Below, one piece after another: positions 20,214 to 29,334 of a stretch of DNA of 64,000 bases; the first letter of the stretch is position 1, and every line of letters starts with the position of its first letter. The position numbers and the translations under genes are program-made. The notes beneath the pieces are model-generated. The model had not been told where the DNA came from. It ran no database searches and saw only the letters and a list, made by a program, of their open reading frames with translations. Source of the stretch: Lentimicrobium sp. GTDB lineage: Bacteria > Bacteroidota > Bacteroidia > Bacteroidales > Lentimicrobiaceae. The stretch covers positions 5,031 to 69,030 of the forward strand of contig JAVEQP010000001.1 in assembly GCA_034007585.1 (NCBI GenBank). Reading direction: 5' to 3'.

Positions 20214-20846
20214 TCAGATTATGCGTGCCGGATTTCCATGATATACGCCCGGTTTGGTAATGCTGCGAAGCACCACGGCTCCTGCACCCACCAGCACATC
20301 ATCGGCAATACTGATGTTATTAAGAATAATGGCGCCTGTCCCTATAAAACAGCGGTTGCCGATGTTGCAGTTTCCATTAACGATGGCACCGGTTGAAATG
20401 TGCACATGATTACCGGTAGTAGAGTCGTGTTCAACAATGGCGCCGGTATTGATGATGTTATTGTTCCCAATCGTGACATTTGAGTTGATAAAAGTATGCC
20501 TGAGTATCACAGTTCCTTTACCTATGCTTGAACGATTGGAGACTACTGCTTTGCGATCAATTATGGTTAGAATATTGGCATTCAGTGATTGAAGTAAGTC
20601 GAAAAGTGCTATTCTGGGAGCCGCGTTTTTTATCTGACCTATCGTAATAATAAACGAATGCCCCGATTGGTGAAGGGTCGGTATCAATGTATCGTTACCC
20701 AACACCGGATAGCCGCAAACCGTTTGGCCGGCCTGGGCATCAGGATCAAGTATGCCTGCGATTTCATGATCGCCCGAATGCTCTATGGCCTCAATTACCG
20801 AGCGGCAGTGACCACCTCCACCCAGGAGTATTAATCCTTTGTTCAT
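20214..20846 (-). CDS. neuD: NeuD/PglD-type hexapeptide-repeat acetyltransferase
   Basis: GGGGHCR N-terminus, INTGAIVEHD hexapeptide repeats, and GNPAR C-terminus. Confidence 0.88.
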   Translation of the reverse strand: MNKGLILLGGGGHCRSVIEAIEHSGDHEIAGILDPDAQAGQTVCGYPVLGNDTLIPTLHQSGHSFIITIGQIKNAAPRIALFDLLQSLNANILTIIDRKAVVSNRSSIGKGTVILRHTFINSNVTIGNNNIINTGAIVEHDSTTGNHVHISTGAIVNGNCNIGNRCFIGTGAIILNNISIADDVLVGAGAVVLRSITKPGVYHGNPARII

Positions 20847-21104
20847 TATATAGGGGTTTACCAGCCTTCTTCAGGACTGCGTTACCGAAGGCTAAATTAC
20901 GACGTTTTATGGCATGATGGTATAATCAGGGTTCAAAAAACTAATTTTATACAAAATGTCACAGAACTTTGACCTGTTTTATATGTTGATAATCATTGTA
21001 ATAAAACCGGTTTGTAAGCTTTTCGTGGCAGTGCATAACGTTTGGGTAAAAAAATGCGAAAGAATTACCTTTTAAAATTGCTTTATCTTTGCCGCCTATG
21101 TTGA

Positions 21105-22130
21105 ATGTTAACTGATCCTATGCCCCCTTTAAGTCACATCTGTATTGCCGGTGCCGGCACCATTGGTACCGCGCTGGCTCAGGTACTTGCTGATAAAGAA
21201 CACCTACTTATCACTTTGTTATCTGTGGAAGCCGAAGTGGTTGCCGATATCAATCAAAATCACATCAATACCGCCTATTTCCCACAGATCAGGCTCAACG
21301 AGCGCATAAAAGCAACCACGGATTCTGCCATTTTGCAAACTGCTCAGGTGGTTTTTTTGGCCGTGCCATCAGTGGTGGTGGTTCCTTATGTGAAGGAAAT
21401 CAGCAAATATATGAAACCCGATGCCATATTGGTTAACCTGGCCAAGGGTTTTGGCGGGAAGCAGGAGACGATTGTAAAGGAGTTGACGTCCATAGTTACA
21501 AACCCGGTTTGTACGCTGAAGGGACCCACTTTTGCCCGGGAACTTATACACCGCATCCCTACCGCCATGACCGTTGGCGCTGATGATGAAGTAGTATTCC
21601 GGCAAATGGCTGATCTCTTTGCACAAACTACGGTTCATCTCGATTACACCCACGACGTCACGGGCGTAGAAATTCTGAGTATCCTCAAAAACATTTACGC
21701 CATTACGATAGGTATTGTAGATGCCCATTTCGACTCGCCCAACCTTAGGTTTATGATATTTACCCGCGCTTTTAATGAAATGCGGCATATTTTAACGAAA
21801 TTCGGCGGGCGGCAGGAAACCATGTTCCGCTACTGTGGCATTGGCGATTTCGGGTTAACCGCTCTTAATGACCTGAGCCGGAACCGTACCCTTGGTCTCC
21901 TTATCGGGAAGGGATTCTTTACGAATGAAATCTCCGGAAAGGTCGTCCTCGAAGGCAGAATTGCCGCTGGGATTGTCAGTGAACAACTGAAAGCTATGAA
22001 CGTTCCCGAAACGGAATTTGCTATGCTGAATGAGCTGACTAAAATATTCGTGGGAGGCTACGATATTAAAAAGTTCGTTCCCAATATTTTAAGCAATGAA
22101 TTGCCACCGGTGGCAGGGAATGGATATTAG
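21105..22130 (+). CDS. gpsA: NAD(P)H-dependent glycerol-3-phosphate dehydrogenase
   Basis: GAGTIGTA, LAKG, LKGPTFA, LKNIYAI, GIGD...T...SRNRTLG and EG motifs. Confidence 0.9.
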   Translation: MLTDPMPPLSHICIAGAGTIGTALAQVLADKEHLLITLLSVEAEVVADINQNHINTAYFPQIRLNERIKATTDSAILQTAQVVFLAVPSVVVVPYVKEISKYMKPDAILVNLAKGFGGKQETIVKELTSIVTNPVCTLKGPTFARELIHRIPTAMTVGADDEVVFRQMADLFAQTTVHLDYTHDVTGVEILSILKNIYAITIGIVDAHFDSPNLRFMIFTRAFNEMRHILTKFGGRQETMFRYCGIGDFGLTALNDLSRNRTLGLLIGKGFFTNEISGKVVLEGRIAAGIVSEQLKAMNVPETEFAMLNELTKIFVGGYDIKKFVPNILSNELPPVAGNGY

Positions 22131-22156
22131 GTCAAGTATTCATCAGAACGCATCTG

Positions 22157-22611
22157 TTATTTCGATTTTGATCTTGGATCAAAGAGGAACTCACTGTGAT
22201 TAAGTAGTTTTATCCTGTTGAAATCTTTATGATTGCAATTTAAAATGTAGTTAAAAGAGGTCGTTATAATGCAGCTCGGAACCTTTAATGCCAGTGTTTT
22301 GGCTTCTGAACTCCATAATTCCCCAATTTCCGATAAAACTTCGGGTGCAGAATACTTAAACCAGTTTGATGGAAGGTTAGTGGCTAAAATTTCTAGATTG
22401 AGTCGTCCGGGATTTCGAGGGTTAAAATATCCAGATCAGGGATAAGCATGGGCGGAATATAGACAATGGTTTCCAACAATGCCATCTCCTTTGATTCACC
22501 AGTGTATAATATAGGAGTTCCCCTTTTATTCCATCTTCCGGGATACAATGTGGCCCCCGTTCCATGAATATCTCCTGCCCGCTTCCTTTGGGTAATCCGA
22601 TATACTATCAT
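22157..22611 (-). pseudogene. RES-domain toxin with a 1-bp frameshift
   Basis: MIVYRI...GRWN..G.PILY.GES...A.LE stops at 22393. The shifted frame continues LEILATNLPSNWFKYSAPEVLSEIG...ALKVPSCII...NYILNCNH...FLFDPRSKSK* to 22157. The span is 455 nt, one base short of 152 codons. Confidence 0.85.
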
Positions 22612-22616
22612 TCAGA

Positions 22617-23075
22617 CTAACTATAAACACCGTACTCAATTCTTCCTAAAAGATCGCTGACCTTTGATATTCCTCCGGGTATGTCAAGTAACTCCTGAGG
22701 TTCAAGTCCACCCAGGGCTGTATTTGGCAATGCCAGCCATTTAAAAAAATCTTCATTGCTGCCCAATATTTCGGCTCCAAAAAGGAAAAGACCGGTTAAT
22801 TCAAAAAGTTGAACAGCATAATTTCTGTCCAGCATTTTATCCTCCTTAATCCACCTGTAAATGGTTGGCGAGGAAACATTTAACATCTCCGCAGTCTGTT
22901 CCCTTGAAATATTAAAATAGGTCCTAAAATTGGATATAACGTGTGCACTCACCCCTTTGTTGGCGATTTTTATAAAATCAAACGGACTTTCAACCTTAGC
23001 TCCAATATGTTTGCGACCTAAAACTTCTATAAAAGTTTTATAGTGCTTTGTGGTTGTATCTTTTGTCGTTATCAT
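22617..23075 (-). CDS. Xre/MbcA/ParS-family antitoxin
   Basis: HTH (AEMLNVSSPTIYRW) plus C-terminal F..WL..PN.ALGG..P..LL....G...V..LLGRIEYGVYS; directly upstream of RES. Confidence 0.92.
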   Translation of the reverse strand: MITTKDTTTKHYKTFIEVLGRKHIGAKVESPFDFIKIANKGVSAHVISNFRTYFNISREQTAEMLNVSSPTIYRWIKEDKMLDRNYAVQLFELTGLFLFGAEILGSNEDFFKWLALPNTALGGLEPQELLDIPGGISKVSDLLGRIEYGVYS

Positions 23076-23294
23076 TTGATAATATTATTCATTAAATGTA
23101 AATTTACAAAAAAATTGAAGGGAAGTTAAGGTTAATTTAAATCTTCATTTTTTAGATATTATTGCTTGGTTTACTGTTATTATATTGGTTCCGCATTAGA
23201 TTAGACATAGCGCGTTCTTCAATTCTCTTCAATGCCTCAACTCCTGAAATTGGCATAGAAAACATACGACATTGGTGTCTGACCCCCGAAAGCA

Positions 23295-23385
23295 AACGAG
23301 GGTAAAATTTACCCTCATCTTTTGAACGAGAGTAATTTTATTGTATTTTTGCCCTCGTATTAAAAACGAGCGTAAAATTTACACT
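23295..23385 (+). promoter_or_regulatory. fic promoter with three operator-like repeats
   Basis: TTTG 23321-23324, N19, then TATTTTTG 23344-23351. AACGAGnGTAA(A/T)(A/T)TTTA repeats start at 23295, 23325 and 23365. Confidence 0.7.
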
Positions 23386-23393
23386 TGAACAAA

Positions 23394-24482
23394 ATGAGCA
23401 AATCTAACCACGAAATACCTTATAACGACCTGCCGTTGCTACCCCCAACGGTAGATATTGAAACGAAAAGGATACTTCGTAAAACCATTTCAGCAGGCAG
23501 GGCTTTGGCCCAACTGAACGGAACTTTAATGAATTTGCCCAATCCGACCTTGTTTTTGGACACCATCTATTTGCAGGAAGCAAAGGCGAGCTCTGAAGTG
23601 GAAAACATTATTACCACGAATGATGAGCTTTACAAATCGTTGGTTGCCGACAAAAAAGTGGAAAATTCAGCCACAAAAGAAGTTTTAAGCTACAAAGAGG
23701 CACTTTGGTCGGGTTTGGAACAACTAAAAACCAAGCCGTTTATCACAACTAATCTATGTATCAAAATCGTTCAGTGCATTAAGCAAAATAATGCTTCCAT
23801 TCGGGTTACACCCGGCACAACTTTAAGCAATACACAAGGCGAAGTAATTTACACACCGCCAGGTGGAGAAAGCGTTATCCGTGAAAAGTTAGCGAATTTG
23901 GAAAAGTTCATCAATGACGATAACAGCATTGACCCACTTATCAAAATGGCGTTAATGCACTATCAGTTTGAAGCCATTCACCCATTTTCGGATGGTAACG
24001 GCAGAACAGGCAGAATTTTATTGTTGCTGTATCTCAAACTTTCAGGATTGTTGGACACACCCGCCATTTATCTAAGTGAATACATTATCAAACACAAAAC
24101 AGACTATTACCGCAAGTTGCGAGGCGTAACCGAAAACAACGAGTGGGAAAATTACATTTTGTATATGTTGGATATGATAGAAGAAACTTCTACAAAAGGT
24201 TTGGAACGTTTGAATAAAATTACCCAAACAATGGGCGAAACAGCCAACGAAATCAAAACAAAATTGCCGAAAGTTTATTCAAAAGATTTGGTAGAGATTT
24301 TATTCCGCCTACCCTACACCAAACGTCAACATTTGATTGACGAAAACATAGGAAATCCGAAAACTGCAGGAAATTACCTGATAGCGTTGGAAGAAAATGG
24401 ATTTTTACAATCGGTAAAAGTTGGGAAGGAGAAATTGTATCTTAACCAACGACTATTGGCAATATTAGAGAACAAAGAATAA
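23394..24482 (+). CDS. Fic-family protein with N-terminal inhibitory helix and C-terminal winged-HTH
   Basis: Canonical HPFSDGNGRTGR active loop, SSEVEN inhibitory motif, and HTH-like ...KTAGNYLIALEENGFL..VKVGKEKLY. Confidence 0.93.
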   Translation: MSKSNHEIPYNDLPLLPPTVDIETKRILRKTISAGRALAQLNGTLMNLPNPTLFLDTIYLQEAKASSEVENIITTNDELYKSLVADKKVENSATKEVLSYKEALWSGLEQLKTKPFITTNLCIKIVQCIKQNNASIRVTPGTTLSNTQGEVIYTPPGGESVIREKLANLEKFINDDNSIDPLIKMALMHYQFEAIHPFSDGNGRTGRILLLLYLKLSGLLDTPAIYLSEYIIKHKTDYYRKLRGVTENNEWENYILYMLDMIEETSTKGLERLNKITQTMGETANEIKTKLPKVYSKDLVEILFRLPYTKRQHLIDENIGNPKTAGNYLIALEENGFLQSVKVGKEKLYLNQRLLAILENKE

Positions 24483-24639
24483 TAACCAGGTCTTTATGTG
24501 GCACGCATTGCCCAGCCCTAAAAAAGCAAAGTAAACACCGAAAAACGGGGTAAGCATGAAGTCCCTACTCCTTTTTACCGGCTAGGTTTCGACTATAGCC
24601 TACTGAGAAAGATAGGTGATTGAGAAGGGAGACGAGACA

Positions 24640-25308
24640 TTAATTTAGCCTGCCTGCCATCTCACCTGCAACCCAGAGTTTATTTAACTTCACTGTTCCT
24701 ATTATACTTCCGGGAGCTAGTGTGGCTTCAGGATCACCTTTAATTCCCTCCCTGATTTGACCGGATTTGTCTATATACCCAATACTTCTGCCTTTTGACG
24801 AAACCGACCAATCCGAATTAATCTGAAATATTTCAGTATTTACCGGATAATCAAACCCAAGCACAGAAACCGTTTTCTCCGCCCTCACGCTACCGGAGAA
24901 AGGACATCCCTTAGCACTTCCCATCCCACCTGAAGAAGAAATTATTTCAGGAATCTCATCATTATATACGTAAATTAACCCTACCAGATTAAAAAACGCG
25001 TATTCTTTTACTGGAACCCACTCGGGTTTAGTTTGATGCAGCAAATACATAATTGGATCGCCCGGAACAGCTACAATCATGCATAGTATATTACCAATGC
25101 CACCTAAATTGAAAATTTTTAGCACTTGGGCAATAAGCACAAAAGCCAATAATATAAAGGGCATTAATATGGGCATTAAAAGTGGCATGTAAAAAGGTGA
25201 CCCAGCATCATTGGGGACAAAAAGGGAAAAAACCGCCCATACAATTCCTGCACAGAAACTACGAAGTGTGTTTATCCACAGGGTTTTTTTAAGGAGAATG
25301 TTTTTCAT
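24640..25308 (-). CDS. Hypothetical membrane protein (about 3 N-terminal TMs plus a soluble beta-rich C-terminal domain)
   Basis: 222 aa ORF with A-rich start; last intact gene of the array. Confidence 0.65.
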   Translation of the reverse strand: MKNILLKKTLWINTLRSFCAGIVWAVFSLFVPNDAGSPFYMPLLMPILMPFILLAFVLIAQVLKIFNLGGIGNILCMIVAVPGDPIMYLLHQTKPEWVPVKEYAFFNLVGLIYVYNDEIPEIISSSGGMGSAKGCPFSGSVRAEKTVSVLGFDYPVNTEIFQINSDWSVSSKGRSIGYIDKSGQIREGIKGDPEATLAPGSIIGTVKLNKLWVAGEMAGRLN

Positions 25309-25422
25309 AGGTTTAGTTTTTAATGATTTTACTTAGAAAATAATGACTTGGAGGATTAGGAGAATCCCCGCAATTAAGTGATTGTTTATAACAGCAAAAG
25401 AAATAACTTTTATTGATAAGCG

Positions 25423-25686
25423 TCAATTCAAAAGTATCTGAGGGCAAGTCTTCATAGAATAGATCTGTTCCTCTGACCATCTGAATAGTTTCTTATTGCC
25501 CACTTTGAAATCACTGTTTTCCATGTATATTTTCTGCTTATTCCCATAATTGTCAAGAACCTCGATAAATGGATATGCACAAGGATGATAAGACCAATCA
25601 ATCTTTAACAATTTCCCTGACAACTGATAATCACTGTCGCAACCTCTATTCTTCTTTTCCGAATCATTGGTTTGAACTGATTTTTT
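25423..25686 (-). pseudogene. Start-less 87-codon open frame, probable gene remnant
   Basis: Frame is open from 25686 to the stop at 25423 with coding-like composition (KKSVQTNDSEKKNRGCDSDYQLSGKLLKIDW...), but has no ATG near its 5' end. Confidence 0.35.
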
Positions 25687-25712
25687 TCAGCATTGTAAAT
25701 ACCTGCCTTTTA

Positions 25713-26330
25713 TCAACTTTTCATTCGCTTCACTTCGAGTTCTTTCAATATCTCTTTTTCACCTTTGGATAATAAAGGAAGATATTTTATGTTTACAAAA
25801 ACCTTATTTCCCTCTATAATGAATTCTGCATCAATTTCTCTTTTTGCAAAGTCCACACCGCTGGTTGCCAACCACATTATAGCTTTGCCTTTCAATCTTC
25901 TTTCGCTAATATTATCCAAGGCTATTGTTTTTAAAATCTCAGGACCATTCCCAAAGGTCAATTCACGAACCTTATCCTTGTCAGACTCGTAGAAAAAATT
26001 TAAAGGATAAACCCAATCTCCTCCAGGATAAAAATGTACTACGCAAAAGTAATCAAGGACACCATCAGAGGTGTAATTCCCTCCTGTCAATTCAATCTCC
26101 TGAACTTCTCCATAATTACTATATTTTTCATGATTTTCCTGTAAGAATGATTGCATCCGTTTATTAGCTTCATCTTTTGTTAAGCTGAATGGGGAATTTG
26201 CTGACTTGGAAGACAACGGTGAATCCCTGGATGACGCAGATTCCATCGTGTTATTATTTGCTCCACCGCAACTTATAATATGCACAACTGCAAATATAAA
26301 TACCCCAAAAATTATTGTGTTTTTTTTCAT
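25713..26330 (-). CDS. Hypothetical lipoprotein
   Basis: MKKNTIIFGVFIFAVVHIIS-C lipobox at ATG 26330. The track's extension to 26615 overlaps the upstream gene in another frame. Confidence 0.7.
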   Translation of the reverse strand: MKKNTIIFGVFIFAVVHIISCGGANNNTMESASSRDSPLSSKSANSPFSLTKDEANKRMQSFLQENHEKYSNYGEVQEIELTGGNYTSDGVLDYFCVVHFYPGGDWVYPLNFFYESDKDKVRELTFGNGPEILKTIALDNISERRLKGKAIMWLATSGVDFAKREIDAEFIIEGNKVFVNIKYLPLLSKGEKEILKELEVKRMKS

Positions 26331-26391
26331 GCTTACAATTTTCAAAAGAGATAGTGTTTGTTTGTAATTCGCATAATCATCTTTTAAAGCA

Positions 26392-28329
26392 TTAAAAAGA
26401 ACGAGAATGCCATCTACTTTCATCATAAAGCTTCCCCTTGCCATTCTGGAGCGTGCCGAAATACAATCGATTTGTTCTATTTTCATAATACTTGCATTCG
26501 CCATGTTTTTCGCCATTTTTCCACCCTCCCTCATAATAATTGCCATTAGGCCACTGATACTTGCCAAACCCATGACGCGAACCATTAACCCATTCGCCCT
26601 CATATTTATCCCCATCCACCCAGATCATTGTACCTTGTCCATTACGTGTATCATTTTTCCACTCGCCTGAATAAGTGCAATTCCAGCTTCGTTTATTTGT
26701 TTCTGTTACCCCTATGCCTATCCCTTCTTTTTTCCCATCTTTAATTTGGCCCACATATCTCAACTTACCTCTTACATCTGATTCGATATTATTATTATCA
26801 AATACAATAACATGCTTCCCATAAGGATAAAATGTAAAATAGTATTCATATGCGGTTAGCGTATTTAATTGTATGGTGGCTGCCCAAACCGCTTCTTCCC
26901 TATATTCTACTGCTTTATTGGTAAATTTTCCATCAGGATATTTCTCAAGATATCTCTCATAGCCTTCAATGGTATTATTTTCCTTTGCTTCCTGCCATAA
27001 AACATCTTCTTTTAATTTCTTAGCCTCCTTAGAGAATCTGTTTTCCGGATATTTTCTCAGATAAGTTGCATAAGATTCATAAGTGTTTTGTTGTGTTGCA
27101 CTCTTCCACGCTTTATTCTCTTTGTACCAATTGATTAAAAAGACTGAAACTACAATCACAACAACCACTGCAACGAGAGAGCTTACAATAGTAATTACTT
27201 TTCGTTTTTGTTGCTTTTTATTGGTTTCATGCAGGGCGGTAATTTCATTCAGTTTTTTCTTATAGTCAGCATTGACTGGATTTAGCTCTATTGCTTTCTT
27301 TAACGAGTGTTGTGAATCCGTTAGTAATCCCAATGATTCCTGAATGCCAGCTATCTTATAACAGATTTCCGCATAATAATTGTGAGTGACTCCTGTGGAA
27401 CATTTCATTGATTTTTTAATATACTTATTGATGGTATATTGAATTCTATCTGATGTAATTCCCTGCAAGCTTTCAAAATAAATGTTTATAATTTCAGTAA
27501 TTATTTTAGCAAGAATTACCTCATCAAGGGGTTGTTGAAAACGCTTAATTAAATCAAAATCAAGCAAAGAAAACCATTCATCAATAATGCCGATTGGATG
27601 TTGTGTTTTACATAAGCTATAAATCAAATATAAGAATCCCCGCTGGCTATGCACATTATTTAAAGAAATTTCATCACCTGATAAACAGGTTTCAAGTATT
27701 TCAACTGCCTCTTTGTGATTACCGGAAAGACATTGATCAACACCCGTATAAATGGAAACTATTCTGTCTCTGTTTCCTTCTTCATATTTTTCTTTTAATA
27801 TGATGGTTGCCTTTTCTATTTCATTGTTTTCAAGCATTCCAATAGCTTTATAGTACAATGCTTTTGTGTTTGCCGGTTGCAGTTTTAGAATAGTTTCATA
27901 ATATTCATCGGCTTTTGCCTTATTGCCAAGTTGTAACTCAATTTCTGCAAGGTCTTCAATAAGTAATATATCCGTAGCTCTTTTTTCGAGCAATTGCTCG
28001 CCAAGCTCCAGTGCTTCCCTGTACATATTTAGTTTCAGGTAGCTCCCGAATAGCAATTCCTTTGCAAAATCATCACTTTCGTTGATTGCAAGAATTTTCA
28101 AAAGAGTTGGTACGGCATTTTTAAACAATAGGTTGTTAAAAAGAAATTGGGCATATTCATGGAGTATTTCAATATTGAGTGGATCAACCTTAAGCCTATC
28201 CTCGTAAACAGTCTTTTTTGCCAATTCCCTGGGGCCAATATTATATTCCTGAATTAATGGAGCACCGCATTTTTTACAGAATTTTTTATCATCCTCATAA
28301 GAGGTATTGCACTCTTTACATATTCTCAT
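26392..28329 (-). CDS. Double zinc-ribbon + TPR + single TM + ESY..YL-repeat + MORN-repeat protein
   Basis: CKEC...CKKC at the N-terminus, TPR helices, TM VITIVSSLVAVVVVIVVSVFLI, three NT.ESY/EGY..YL.KYP repeats, and GDKYEGEWVNG..HG.G MORN repeats. Confidence 0.85.
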   Translation of the reverse strand: MRICKECNTSYEDDKKFCKKCGAPLIQEYNIGPRELAKKTVYEDRLKVDPLNIEILHEYAQFLFNNLLFKNAVPTLLKILAINESDDFAKELLFGSYLKLNMYREALELGEQLLEKRATDILLIEDLAEIELQLGNKAKADEYYETILKLQPANTKALYYKAIGMLENNEIEKATIILKEKYEEGNRDRIVSIYTGVDQCLSGNHKEAVEILETCLSGDEISLNNVHSQRGFLYLIYSLCKTQHPIGIIDEWFSLLDFDLIKRFQQPLDEVILAKIITEIINIYFESLQGITSDRIQYTINKYIKKSMKCSTGVTHNYYAEICYKIAGIQESLGLLTDSQHSLKKAIELNPVNADYKKKLNEITALHETNKKQQKRKVITIVSSLVAVVVVIVVSVFLINWYKENKAWKSATQQNTYESYATYLRKYPENRFSKEAKKLKEDVLWQEAKENNTIEGYERYLEKYPDGKFTNKAVEYREEAVWAATIQLNTLTAYEYYFTFYPYGKHVIVFDNNNIESDVRGKLRYVGQIKDGKKEGIGIGVTETNKRSWNCTYSGEWKNDTRNGQGTMIWVDGDKYEGEWVNGSRHGFGKYQWPNGNYYEGGWKNGEKHGECKYYENRTNRLYFGTLQNGKGKLYDESRWHSRSF

Positions 28330-28353
28330 ATCAATGCGAATTTCAAGGGTTAA

Positions 28354-28866
28354 TTATAATTTAGTACCACATTCATAACAATACCCACCTGATGCTGTTG
28401 AGGGGTATTGTTTACCACATTCCGAACAGTAAATTTTGGCATCTTTACTTCTTGATGATATTGTCTCATCCTTTAATGACAGGCCTGAGATAAGAATGGA
28501 TACTGAAGCTATCAAAACAAGATAAAATCCTATGCCATAATTTGTAAGATCACCAATGAAATTGCTTGAATAGCCTATAGCAACAAGCAATAATAAGACG
28601 CCCGGAATTATTCCTGGAATTATAGCTCCTGCCAGATGACCCTTCGTCATTACTTTTTGACGATCACCTGAAAGCGCTACAATTAATGATATCAGAAATG
28701 CAATTATAACTATGTACCCACTACCATCTCTCGTTTCCATAAGGGAAACTGAAAGGCCCCACACTTTGATAAAAGGCAAAAATGCAGCTATAATGCCAAC
28801 AATTGCAGATGCTATAATCGCAATTCTTTGTTTGACTATTCCTTGTTCTCCAATTTGATTATTCAT
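28354..28866 (-). CDS. 4-TM membrane protein with C-terminal double zinc ribbon
   Basis: Four hydrophobic segments, then YCSECG...YCYECGTKL. Confidence 0.78.
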   Translation of the reverse strand: MNNQIGEQGIVKQRIAIIASAIVGIIAAFLPFIKVWGLSVSLMETRDGSGYIVIIAFLISLIVALSGDRQKVMTKGHLAGAIIPGIIPGVLLLLVAIGYSSNFIGDLTNYGIGFYLVLIASVSILISGLSLKDETISSRSKDAKIYCSECGKQYPSTASGGYCYECGTKL

Positions 28867-29043
28867 TTTTTTCGCTTTAAATGTGTTTAAAAAGAATCAC
28901 CTTATTTCTCTTTAGTCCTTTTAGAGCCGTTGTTTTTTTTCGCTCTTTACTTTCATTATTGGGACAAACTATTCAGTCATTGCTTTTGTAAGGGTATTCA
29001 CAACTGAATTTCTTCAAATTATAAAAGCATTAGAAAAATAAAT

Positions 29044-29301
29044 TCAATTTCTTGCTTTCAGAATGAACCTCAAACCAATAACAGACAAAATTCCACCTAC
29101 AATCAAAGTGAGGATTGGGATTGTGTTGTCTTTTTTATAAGTAAATGGCATTTCTTCACCACCAATACTTCTTGAAAAGTCGTTCAACATATTCATCCCC
29201 TGCTCCAGCCGGTCGGGTTGCAACTTTTGATAAGCCACAAATAAAACAACCAATCCTATGGCAGTAATAATGATTCCCGTTATGAGTTTTTCTGTTTTCA
29301 T
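29044..29301 (-). CDS. Small 2-TM protein (DUF3185-like architecture)
   Basis: TM-loop-TM with a basic tail, 85 aa. Confidence 0.65.
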   Translation of the reverse strand: MKTEKLITGIIITAIGLVVLFVAYQKLQPDRLEQGMNMLNDFSRSIGGEEMPFTYKKDNTIPILTLIVGGILSVIGLRFILKARN

Positions 29302-29334
29302 GTGCGATTGAATTTAGTTAATAATTTCGGTAAA

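Noticed and set aside
22699-22709. GGTTCAAGTCC tRNA T-arm-like motif (possible att site)
   Set aside because: Lies inside the xre coding sequence with no cloverleaf around it.
24541-24550. AAAAACGGGG shared with R1 in the opposite orientation at the far end of the array, as a terminal inverted repeat
   Set aside because: Only 10 bp, flanks do not align convincingly, and there is no target duplication or transposase.
26331-26615. Track's long N-terminal extension of the lipoprotein ORF
   Set aside because: It is an alternate-frame reading of the upstream MORN gene; a clean lipoprotein signal starts at 26330.
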